Shown piece after piece: positions 23,758-32,171 of a stretch of DNA of 43,866 nt (positions are counted from its first letter, which is position 1; every line of letters starts with the position of its first letter). The notes under the pieces were generated by a model. That model saw only the letters and a program-made list of their open reading frames with translations, had not been told where the DNA came from and made no database searches. The stretch is taken from positions 1-43,866 of the forward strand of contig CAYIUC010000005.1 of the NCBI GenBank assembly GCA_964366535.1, read 5' to 3'. Both the position numbers and the translations under genes were made by a program. This DNA comes from an uncultured Candidatus Saccharibacteria bacterium (GTDB lineage Bacteria; Patescibacteriota; Minisyncoccia; Phycocordibacterales; UBA10002).

Positions 23758-25572
23758 ATGGGAATCTTTGATTTTCTAAAACCAAAAAGGAAAGAGACGG
23801 ACGAGGTAACCCCGATACTACCCGAACAAATCTACCAGTCGGGAGTTTTGGAATTGCGCGATGTGCTCGCGCCCGCCGCGCTCAAAATCTCTCCAAAAAT
23901 CCTAAATCTCGGCGAGAAAATAGCGCGTTCATACTTTGTCATCTCATATCCGCGCTTTCTCACCGCAGGGTGGTTCTCACCAATTATCAATTTGGACAAA
24001 GTATTTGATGTTTCCATCTTCGTACACCCAGTGGAGACAGGAAAGGTGCTGAAGCAATTCCAAAAGAAAGTCGCCGAGGTGCAAAGCCAAATACACACTA
24101 GGGAGGAAAAGGGGTTCGTGCGCGACCCGCAGTTGGAAACCGCCTACCAAGACCTAGAGAAACTGCGCGATGAACTGCAACAGGCGCAGGAAAAGATTTT
24201 TGATGTTGGGCTCTACCTCACGCTCTATGCGGACTCGGAAGAAGAGTTGGAAAAGGTGGAGAGCGAGGTGAAGTCCATTATGGAAGCGAAGCTCGTGTAT
24301 ATGAAGCCCGCGCTCTTCCAGCAGGCAGAAGGGTTCCGCTCGGTAGCGCCTTTAGCCACCGACGAACTCCTAGTGCACTCTAAACTAAACTCCGGACCGC
24401 TTTCTTCCATCTTTCCATTTATTTCGTTTGACCTCTCGTCCGACAAAGGCATTCTATACGGCATAAACAGACACAACTCGTCGCTAGTGCTGTTTGACCG
24501 ATTTTCTCTGGAAAACTACAACTCTGTCGTCTTCGCAAAGTCCGGCGCGGGCAAGTCGTATATGATGAAGCTGGAAATTCTCCGCACGCTTATGTTTGGT
24601 ACGGAAGTTATTGTGATTGACCCCGAAAAAGAGTACGCGTTTCTCGCAGAATCGGTGGGAGGAAAATTCTTTTCCATCTCGCTTACATCCGAACACCACA
24701 TAAACCCATTTGACCTACCGCTCCCGCGCGAAGACGAGTCGCCAGCGGATATATTGCGAAGCCATATAATTTCCTTGGTCGGGCTTTTCCGCATTATGCT
24801 CGGAGGTCTATCACCCGAAGAAGATGCACTCGTAGACCGCGCGATTACAGAAACATACGCGCTCAAAGACATTACGCCCGACTCGGACTTTGGAAAAACC
24901 GAGCCGCCGCTACTTTCCGATTTTGAACTGGTGCTCGCGGGTATGGAAGGCGCAGAAAGTATCCGCGTACGGCTCACCAAATATACGAAGGGCACCTGGT
25001 CAAACTTCATAAACCGCCCATCCAATGTTTCCATAGACGGAAACCTTGTCGTGTTTTCTTTGCGAGACATGGAAGACGAGCTAAAATCGGTCGCTACTTA
25101 CATCGTAACGCACCACATCTGGAACGCGGTACGCAGAAACCTGAAGCGCCGCCTACTGATTGTAGACGAGGCGTGGTGGATGATGAGGAGCGAAGATACT
25201 GCATCTTTCCTTTTATCTGTAGCAAAACGCGGGCGCAAATATTTCTTGGGGGTGGCAACTATTACGCAAGATGTGGACGACTTCCTCTCTTCGCCATACG
25301 GATTGCCGATTGTTACAAACTCTTCTATCCAGATGCTACTTAAGCAGTCGCCGGCAGTGATAGATCGCATCCAAAAAGTATTTAACCTGACAGATGAGGA
25401 AAAGTACCTGCTCTTGGAGTCGGATGTGGGGGAGGGGCTTTTCTTCGTAGGGCTGAAGCATGTTGCGATAAAAATCGTTGCTTCCTATACCGAAGATCAG
25501 ATTATTACCAGCGACCCATCGCAACTTTTGGCGATTAAGAAAGCGAAAGACGAATTGAAAGCAGCTTCATAG
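23758..25572 (+). CDS. VirB4/TrbE/TraC-like type IV secretion ATPase
   Basis: Walker A is FAKSGAGKSYMMK and Walker B is LLIVDEAWWM, with the motif GVATITQD. I prefer the start MGIFDF at 23758; the track ORF starts at 23731. Confidence 0.75.
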   Translation: MGIFDFLKPKRKETDEVTPILPEQIYQSGVLELRDVLAPAALKISPKILNLGEKIARSYFVISYPRFLTAGWFSPIINLDKVFDVSIFVHPVETGKVLKQFQKKVAEVQSQIHTREEKGFVRDPQLETAYQDLEKLRDELQQAQEKIFDVGLYLTLYADSEEELEKVESEVKSIMEAKLVYMKPALFQQAEGFRSVAPLATDELLVHSKLNSGPLSSIFPFISFDLSSDKGILYGINRHNSSLVLFDRFSLENYNSVVFAKSGAGKSYMMKLEILRTLMFGTEVIVIDPEKEYAFLAESVGGKFFSISLTSEHHINPFDLPLPREDESPADILRSHIISLVGLFRIMLGGLSPEEDALVDRAITETYALKDITPDSDFGKTEPPLLSDFELVLAGMEGAESIRVRLTKYTKGTWSNFINRPSNVSIDGNLVVFSLRDMEDELKSVATYIVTHHIWNAVRRNLKRRLLIVDEAWWMMRSEDTASFLLSVAKRGRKYFLGVATITQDVDDFLSSPYGLPIVTNSSIQMLLKQSPAVIDRIQKVFNLTDEEKYLLLESDVGEGLFFVGLKHVAIKIVASYTEDQIITSDPSQLLAIKKAKDELKAAS

Positions 25573-25579
25573 ATAAAGT

Positions 25580-25936
25580 ATGGAAGAAAATGCAAAACAA
25601 GAACCAAAAATAGACAAAGCAACTGGCATTGTGATGATTGCCGTCGCGGCGCTTTTTGATATTGCGAATGCCGGTATTAACCTAATACCCGTACTAGGGC
25701 AAATTCTCGCAGTGCTAATTTCTATAGTCGGGTACTGCACATTTACACTATGGTTCTGGAAGCGAGGTATCGGATTTGTAAATCCTAAGCGTACTGCAAC
25801 ATTTTTCGGTTCAGGAATTATTGAAGCGATTCCGGTACTAAATATTCTTCCCGCGCTCACGGTCGGGGTGGCGCTCACTGTCGGCATGGTACAATTAGAA
25901 GACAGAACCGGGATTAAATTACCGGAAAAAGTATGA
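25580..25936 (+). CDS. small polytopic membrane protein
   Basis: 118 aa with three to four hydrophobic helices. Tightly packed within the operon. Confidence 0.55.
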   Translation: MEENAKQEPKIDKATGIVMIAVAALFDIANAGINLIPVLGQILAVLISIVGYCTFTLWFWKRGIGFVNPKRTATFFGSGIIEAIPVLNILPALTVGVALTVGMVQLEDRTGIKLPEKV

Positions 25937-26889
25937 AGAGAATATTTTTTCTTATCGTCTTTCTCGCCGCCGTGCCGGCTTTTGCCGCGCTGCCGCCTTC
26001 GCCAGACGCGGTGGTCATAACGCTATCGCCAGAAAAGCCCGCGCCAGATACGACGGTGCAGGCAACGCTCTCCATTTTGAGCGGCGGCAGCGCGGCGGAT
26101 ATGGATATAGAGTGGCTTGTAAACGGAACATCGATACGGAAAGGGAAGGGGGTATCTTCTATTTCGTTCCGCACCGGGAAGCTCGGCGCCCGAACTACGC
26201 TCACAGCGCGGATTTCAGAAGGCGAAGAAAAAGTTGAGAAGACGCTCGTGCTTTCTCCCGCATCAGTCGTGCTTGTAGCAGAATCAGACGGCAATGTGCC
26301 GCCTTTCTACCGCGGCAAAACGCTTTTTTCTTACCATGGCTCAACTCGCATTGCGGCAATTCCATTCTTTGCAAGCGCAAACGGCGCGCGCGCGAACCCA
26401 AAAACGCTCAGCTACACTTGGCGTATTGCCGACAGAGTACCCGAGGGCTCGTCTGGAATTGGGCGCGATGTGTTTACATTCTACGCAAAAGTGCCGTTCC
26501 GACCGACGGAAATAGAAGTGGAAGTTGCGACAGTAGATGGGAGCGCAATCGCCGAAGGGCGCATTCTTGCCGAAGCGAAAGCGCCTGAAATAGTACTCTA
26601 CGAAACACACCCGCTATACGGGACGCTCTGGAACAAGGCGCTCTCGGAACTAACGCTAGTTGCGCCAGAGGTGCGCGTGCTTGCAGAGCCGCTCTTCTTC
26701 AACAAAGCCGATGCGCCATTTCTCAAATATGACTGGACGCTATCCGGCAAAAAGGTCGGCGCCCAGTCTGACGCGAGCGTAGTATTTCGCAAAGAGGGCG
26801 CGGAAGGCACAGCGGGCGTTACCGTCGAGATAACCAACCCGCGCGCAATGTTTCAGTTTGGCGAAGCGCGTGGAGTGATACATTTTTAA
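25933..26889 (+). CDS. secreted hypothetical protein
   Basis: Signal peptide MKRIFFLIVFLAAVPAFA. The start overlaps the upstream stop as ATGA. Confidence 0.6.
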   Translation: MKRIFFLIVFLAAVPAFAALPPSPDAVVITLSPEKPAPDTTVQATLSILSGGSAADMDIEWLVNGTSIRKGKGVSSISFRTGKLGARTTLTARISEGEEKVEKTLVLSPASVVLVAESDGNVPPFYRGKTLFSYHGSTRIAAIPFFASANGARANPKTLSYTWRIADRVPEGSSGIGRDVFTFYAKVPFRPTEIEVEVATVDGSAIAEGRILAEAKAPEIVLYETHPLYGTLWNKALSELTLVAPEVRVLAEPLFFNKADAPFLKYDWTLSGKKVGAQSDASVVFRKEGAEGTAGVTVEITNPRAMFQFGEARGVIHF

Positions 26890-26921
26890 TATACGAATAT
26901 ACGAATTATACGAATCTACAA

Positions 26922-27971
26922 ATGTCTACGAATAAAACAAAATTGGTTGGAATAATTGCGGGCACAGGCACGCTGATTTTGTTTGTTCTCCCGTTCTTTG
27001 TCTTTGCCGCCGATTATATTCCGCTTGCGTCAATTCCTGGCACCACTGAAGTTGGGAAAACAACCGCATCGCTCTCGTCTTACCTTACCGGTATGTACCG
27101 AGTGGGCATAGGCGCTGCGGGAATACTTGCCGTACTTATGCTCGTCTGGGGCGGATTCCAGTATGCGACTACGGAAGCGGTAATGGGAAAAAGCGAAAGT
27201 AGGGGTATTATTATGAATGTCGTATGGGGTCTCGCGGTAATTCTAGGCTCGTACCTTCTTCTCGTCACCATCAACCCGCGTCTAGTAGACATCGGCCTCA
27301 CGATTGGGAATTTGAATAGGGTGAATCGTACTAGAATACCAACACCGGAAGAAACTTACGGTAAATTTCTTGATAGTATGCTCCAAAGAGTACAGGCGAC
27401 ATCTCAAAAAGCACGGGACATAAAAAAACTTTCTGACGATAAGCGACTAGAGCGTGGTTTACTTCAACAAAAAATTGACGAGGGGAATTATGAGAACGAC
27501 GCGGAACTTGAATCTCTTCAATCACAAATAAACTTACTGGACAAAGAAGTTGGTTTTTTGGATGTACAAGAAGTTAATGTGCGAAATTATGAAAACGCGC
27601 TTGATCAAATTGATTTGAATAGCAAAAACATGTTGGATTGTCTTACCGGATATGGGTCTTGCCAAAGATATGTTAGCAATAGCGCGGTATCAAGATTTAT
27701 TAGAAATAAGATCCTTGGGGGAAGATCAGAAACGCAACTACAAGCAGACGAAGCGGAAGCCGCGAAGTTTTTAGATGGCGCACAAAAAGATGCTAATAAA
27801 CGCATGGCGGAATTGCGCGCGGCGGGTTTAACACAAAGAGCAGATGCGTTGCAGACAAAAATAAATGGTATGACTGATCAATTCACTCGAGGAAAAGATT
27901 TCGGGAGGGCGTGTGATGGGGCCACTAAACCTATGCCAACGAATTGGAGATCGGGAGACGCGTGCCCATAA
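26922..27971 (+). CDS. T4SS pilin-like (TrbC/VirB2-like) N-terminal module fused to an AT-rich coiled-coil C-terminal half
   Basis: A signal peptide is followed by two hydrophobic helices (GIGAAGILAVLMLVWGGFQY; VVWGLAVILGSYLLLVTINP). The C-terminus is rich in heptad-like charged sequence. Confidence 0.55.
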   Translation: MSTNKTKLVGIIAGTGTLILFVLPFFVFAADYIPLASIPGTTEVGKTTASLSSYLTGMYRVGIGAAGILAVLMLVWGGFQYATTEAVMGKSESRGIIMNVVWGLAVILGSYLLLVTINPRLVDIGLTIGNLNRVNRTRIPTPEETYGKFLDSMLQRVQATSQKARDIKKLSDDKRLERGLLQQKIDEGNYENDAELESLQSQINLLDKEVGFLDVQEVNVRNYENALDQIDLNSKNMLDCLTGYGSCQRYVSNSAVSRFIRNKILGGRSETQLQADEAEAAKFLDGAQKDANKRMAELRAAGLTQRADALQTKINGMTDQFTRGKDFGRACDGATKPMPTNWRSGDACP

Positions 27972-27975
27972 TTTT

Positions 27976-29193
27976 ATGCAAAACAAAACCAAAAAAATAA
28001 TCTGGGGGGTTCTGATTGTACTACTAGCGGCGGCTGGAGCATTTGCGTATTGGTGGTTCTTTATGCGTCCCAGTGCCGAAGTTGCCGTGAGTGAGCCCGT
28101 GACATTTCCAACAGGAGAAAATATCGGCATCGACGAAGGTAGTCCAGAGTTGCTCGGCGGACAAGGCAATATCGGGATAGAGGAAGGAGAGGCCCCGCTC
28201 CTACGGCAACTTACCAAAAACCCCGTTGCTGGAGCAGTAATTTTCTCGCGCGCCGGCTCTACACTCGTGCGCTATGCCGAGCGCGGCACTGGGCATTTAT
28301 TTGAAATCGGCGCAGACGATGCCGAACCAAAACGCATCTCCAACCAGACAATTCCAGAAATCGGCGAGGTGCTTTGGAAGCCAGATGGGTTGGGTATTAT
28401 CGTACGCTACGCAAAGGAATCGGCGGGTACGGAATACATTGAGAGTTTTTATGCAAGCGTTCCCGCCGACGCTACAGAAGACGCGCCGCTCCGCGCATCT
28501 TTCCTCCCGCGCAATATCCGAACGCTTGCGTTCTCGCCTACCGGCAATACGCTCTTTTATCTTTCGGAAAACTCTTCCGGCTCCTCCGGTATTCTCGCTG
28601 CGCCCGACGGCACGCGCAAAAACACCTTGTTTGAACTGCCTCTAAAAGATCTTGCAGTAATATGGTCGGTAAACGATTCGCTCTTCCTCACGACGCGCGC
28701 GTCGTCGGGCGCTCCCGGGCACCTCTTCTCTGTCGGTACACAAAGCGGAGCAGTTGATGTTGTCGCAAGCGACACTGGGCTCACAGCGCTTACAAGCCGA
28801 GGAGGAACTCTAGCGCTTCTTGCATCAAGCGGGGAAGGCGGCTCGGGTCTTTCGCTCTTTAATCGCTCTTTGGGAGACATAACACCGCTCGGGCTACAAA
28901 CACTCGCCGATAAGTGCGTATGGGGCAAGCGTACGCGCACAAACGCATATTGCGCGGTACCAAGCGGAATACCAGGAAACAACTTCCCCGATAGTTGGTA
29001 CCAAGGGGTTATACAAACAGAAGACGCTTTGTGGGCAATTGATGCCGAAGACGCGCGCGCTTCTATTGTCGCAGACATAAGCGAGGTTGCGCGTGAGAGC
29101 ATTGATGCTTTTAATTTTGATATCAGCCCAGACGACAAATATCTACTTTTCCAAAACAAAAACGATTTAAGCTTGTGGCTGCTTAAGATTTAG
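27976..29193 (+). CDS. membrane-anchored beta-propeller-like (TolB/PD40-like) protein
   Basis: I prefer the start MQNKTKKIIWGVLIVLLAAAGAFAYWWFF at 27976. Repeated segments of the type LAFSPTGNTLFYLSE and WKPDGLGIIVRY are present. Confidence 0.55.
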   Translation: MQNKTKKIIWGVLIVLLAAAGAFAYWWFFMRPSAEVAVSEPVTFPTGENIGIDEGSPELLGGQGNIGIEEGEAPLLRQLTKNPVAGAVIFSRAGSTLVRYAERGTGHLFEIGADDAEPKRISNQTIPEIGEVLWKPDGLGIIVRYAKESAGTEYIESFYASVPADATEDAPLRASFLPRNIRTLAFSPTGNTLFYLSENSSGSSGILAAPDGTRKNTLFELPLKDLAVIWSVNDSLFLTTRASSGAPGHLFSVGTQSGAVDVVASDTGLTALTSRGGTLALLASSGEGGSGLSLFNRSLGDITPLGLQTLADKCVWGKRTRTNAYCAVPSGIPGNNFPDSWYQGVIQTEDALWAIDAEDARASIVADISEVARESIDAFNFDISPDDKYLLFQNKNDLSLWLLKI

Positions 29194-29935
29194 AGACACC
29201 CGATGTTTGCCGCCTATCAACATCGGGTGTCAGGCGGCGCCGCACTACAACCTCCTGCACAATCGCAAAAAGGTTAGAAGTGGTCCAGTAGAGCGCGACT
29301 GCGCCGGAGATGGTATATGCAGCGATTGCCGCCACAATCGGCATTACATACTTCATTTGCATATGCATACCGTGCATCAACTCCCCTTGAAATGATCCGT
29401 CGCGCGAGCCGGGAGTCGGTGGCGGCATAACTAACTTTACCTGGAAAAATTGCGTGATGCCGGCAAGCGCCGCAAGAAAGATACTTTTCCCAGCAATGTC
29501 TATAAGACCTAAAAATTCCATATTCACTTCTGGGCGTGGGATAAAGGAGTAGCGAAGCGCCTCGTTGATGTCTGGGAGCCCGCCGCGAAAGAACACATAG
29601 TAGAGCGAAATAATAACAGGAAGTTGTATAAGAAGAAGGAAAAACCCCGCGAACGGGTTGATGCGCTTTTCTTTGTAGAACGCCATCGTAGCGCGCGCGT
29701 ACCCCTCGCGGTCGCCATCAAATTTCTTTTTTAGCGCGTCTAGCTCTGGTTGGAACTTACGCATAGCAAATTGCGTTTCAATAGAGCGTTTAGAGAGGGG
29801 AAAGAGTATAAGCTTCACCGCTATTGTGAGGATAATAACCGCGAGACCGGCATCAGCTCCCGGTAGAATGTCCATCAAAAAAACCAACCCATTATAGAGC
29901 GGTTGGTAGAATACTTCCTTAAACAATTCTAGCAT
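29183..29935 (-). CDS. yidC: membrane protein insertase YidC/Oxa1 (short form)
   Basis: 250 aa with GLAVIILTIAVKLILFPLSKRS...MRKFQPELDALKKKF. It lies downstream of rnpA as in the canonical operon. Confidence 0.9.
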   Translation of the reverse strand: MLELFKEVFYQPLYNGLVFLMDILPGADAGLAVIILTIAVKLILFPLSKRSIETQFAMRKFQPELDALKKKFDGDREGYARATMAFYKEKRINPFAGFFLLLIQLPVIISLYYVFFRGGLPDINEALRYSFIPRPEVNMEFLGLIDIAGKSIFLAALAGITQFFQVKLVMPPPTPGSRDGSFQGELMHGMHMQMKYVMPIVAAIAAYTISGAVALYWTTSNLFAIVQEVVVRRRLTPDVDRRQTSGVSKS

Positions 29936-29953
29936 TTGCTTATCGTAGCAAAA

Positions 29954-30280
29954 TTAACGCTCGCCGTACACTTCAGAAAGCGCTTTTTGTATCGCCGCAA
30001 ACGAAGCGCCTACTCCACCTTTGGTAACCATTACCACCGATGCGGTATACGCTTGCATGCTTGCTAAATTGGCGTATAACGCCTCGTAGAAGCGGCGGCG
30101 CGCCAAGTTGCGTGCGACCGCAGTCGCCGCCGCTTTTTTTGACACAACTACGGCGCATTTCGGCTTTTCGCTATCTGTATTGTATAGCCGTATGCTAAAT
30201 AAAGGCGAATGGAAAACTCTAAGCGGCCTTCCGAGGCGCTTAAACTCCGCAATAGTGATGCGATTTATTTTTTTTAGCAT
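29954..30280 (-). CDS. rnpA: ribonuclease P protein component
   Basis: 108 aa with motifs VVSKKAAATAVARNLARRRF. It lies downstream of rpmH. Confidence 0.85.
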   Translation of the reverse strand: MLKKINRITIAEFKRLGRPLRVFHSPLFSIRLYNTDSEKPKCAVVVSKKAAATAVARNLARRRFYEALYANLASMQAYTASVVMVTKGGVGASFAAIQKALSEVYGER

Positions 30281-30290
30281 GTGTCACTTC

Positions 30291-30362
30291 GCAGAAAGCG
30301 GAATTTTTTCCTCTTTACCCTCTCTACGGGGGTCCTACGAGATAAAAAATTCCGCTTTCTGC
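30291..30362. repeat. 72-nt hairpin element, copy 2 (perfect 19-bp stem, conserved 34-nt loop)
   Basis: GCAGAAAGCGGAATTTTTT, then a 34-nt loop, then AAAAAATTCCGCTTTCTGC. It fills the rpmH-rnpA spacer. Confidence 0.85.
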
Positions 30363-30366
30363 TTCG

Positions 30367-30501
30367 TTACACCGTAAGACGCTTACGACCTTTCTGCCTG
30401 CGGCGAGCGATTACGCGCTTTCCGGAGGTGCGGCTCATACGCGCGAGGAAGCCGTGCGTCCTCGCGCGCTTTTTCTTCTTTGGTTTGTAGGTAAAGCTCA
30501 T
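30367..30501 (-). CDS. rpmH: 50S ribosomal protein L34
   Basis: My own translation gives [44 protein letters not shown]. The ORF is below the track length cutoff. Confidence 0.9.
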   Translation of the reverse strand: MSFTYKPKKKKRARTHGFLARMSRTSGKRVIARRRQKGRKRLTV

Positions 30502-30616
30502 AGAAAATGTTGTACACCGGCTGTACACATATTATTAACACAACGGGGCTTTCCGCGCAACTTACGCGCTCGCCGTAGCGCGCTATACTTCTGTAATTGC
30601 CGCACTCGCAAAAAAT

Positions 30617-31963
30617 ATGATGCCAAAACAATTATGGGATAGCGCGCTTGTGGAAGTTGGGTTGTCTGTGTCCAAAGCGAACTTCCAAACATGGTTTAAA
30701 GATACCGCCATTTCCAGAATGGAAGACGGTGTGGCGTATCTTGCTGTGCCAAACGCTTTCGTGCGCGACTGGCTTTCTGACAAGTACCACAAGATGATTA
30801 TGCATGCATTGCGCGGCCTATCGGAGAGCGTTCGCTCTGTAGAGTATGTAATCTCTAAAGACGAGCCGAAGAAGGCGCTAGAAGCGGCGGCGTGGGTACC
30901 TGGGGTTACCCAAGGAAACAACGAGTTGCCGCTTAAAGAGCATTATATAAATAAAGAAAGCAACTTAAACCCGCGCTACACATTTGATTCTTTTGTAGTC
31001 GGGCCTTTCAACGAACTAGCGCACGCCGCAGCGCAAGCGATTATGAAAAAACCCGCCGTGTACAATCCGCTCTTTTTTTACGGCAACACCGGGCATGGAA
31101 AGACGCACCTCATTCAAGCCGTTGGGAACCATCTAGCCAAAGCAGACCCGTCAAAAAAAGCGTTTTATATCACCTCGGAAAAGTTTCAGATTGAGTTTGT
31201 CGCAGCGATGCAGGCAAACCGCATAAACCAATTTAAAGAAAAGTACCGCGTGTACGACCTGTTTATAATGGACGACATACAATTCCTTTCGGAAAAATGG
31301 AAGACGCAAGAAGAACTTTTTCATCTCTTCAATACGCTCTACGAAAACAACCGTCAAATTATATTTTCTGCAGATGTGCATCCAAATTTCATCTCTGATA
31401 TTCAAGACCGCCTAAAGTCGCGCTTTGCATCCGGTATGGTAGTAGACCTGCCGGCACCCGACTTTGAGTCGCGCATCGCCATCTTACAATCAAAAGCAAA
31501 ACAAGCCGGATTCCAAATGTCACTTGATACAGCGCAGTATCTAGCAGGAATTATAGAAGGGAATATTCGCGAACTGGAGGGACTTCTCAATGCTATTGTA
31601 TGCAATTCACAGTTAAAGGGTAGGGAACTTACGCTAAATGAAGTAAAGGGGATTGTAAAGGCAAACGAAAAACCAAAGAAAACAACTTCGGTTAAAGATG
31701 TCTTGCGTGTAATTTCACATTTTTACCAAATAGAAGAGAGTAGTATTTATGAAAAGACGCGGCGAAAGGAAGTGGTGCGCCCTCGGCAAATTGCAATGTT
31801 TCTACTTCGTGAAGATTGCAGTGTGTCGTACCCGCTAATAGGGCAGAAATTAGGCGGGAGAGACCATACTACGGTTATACATTCGTATGAGAAAATAAAA
31901 GAGGAGTTAAAACATAACAGCGAATTGGAACAGGAGATCAAACAATTGCGCGCAATGTTGTAG
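30617..31963 (+). CDS. dnaA: chromosomal replication initiator protein DnaA
   Basis: Walker A GNTGHGKTHL, Walker B LFIMDDIQF, and the C-terminal DNA-binding motif GGRDHTTVIHSYEKI. Confidence 0.95.
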   Translation: MMPKQLWDSALVEVGLSVSKANFQTWFKDTAISRMEDGVAYLAVPNAFVRDWLSDKYHKMIMHALRGLSESVRSVEYVISKDEPKKALEAAAWVPGVTQGNNELPLKEHYINKESNLNPRYTFDSFVVGPFNELAHAAAQAIMKKPAVYNPLFFYGNTGHGKTHLIQAVGNHLAKADPSKKAFYITSEKFQIEFVAAMQANRINQFKEKYRVYDLFIMDDIQFLSEKWKTQEELFHLFNTLYENNRQIIFSADVHPNFISDIQDRLKSRFASGMVVDLPAPDFESRIAILQSKAKQAGFQMSLDTAQYLAGIIEGNIRELEGLLNAIVCNSQLKGRELTLNEVKGIVKANEKPKKTTSVKDVLRVISHFYQIEESSIYEKTRRKEVVRPRQIAMFLLREDCSVSYPLIGQKLGGRDHTTVIHSYEKIKEELKHNSELEQEIKQLRAML

Positions 31964-32171
31964 TGGGGAAAAGATATAGAAAGATTGTGGAAAAGTTAAT
32001 TATAAAAAATATAAAACGAAAATATCCCAGTTATATTCAAAGATACAACAAAGATATGAACATCAAAAAAGAAAAAATAAGCAATAAATATAAATATAAA
32101 ATGCGTTTTTCCACATATACACATAACCATACTCATACTCTTAATCTTTATTTACTAAAAATATAAATACT
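31964..32171. other. candidate oriC / DNA unwinding region in the dnaA-dnaN spacer
   Basis: A strongly AT-rich 208 bp spacer. Two inverted near-consensus DnaA boxes occur: TGTGGAAAA at 31986-31994 and TTTTCCACA at 32107-32115. A/T tracts lie between them. Confidence 0.5.

Noticed and set aside
29196-29230. 10-bp-stem hairpin ACACCCGATG...CATCGGGTGT at the convergent junction of ORF 27976-29193 and yidC, as a bidirectional terminator
   Set aside because: There is no T-run on either side, and it lies within the yidC C-terminal coding tail, so a terminator call is not supported.
31963-32166. 67-aa ORF in the dnaA-dnaN spacer (MGKRYRKIVEKLIIKNIK...)
   Set aside because: It is a low-complexity Lys/Asn/Ile translation of an extremely AT-rich spacer with a non-ATG start. 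It is better explained as the origin or DUE region.
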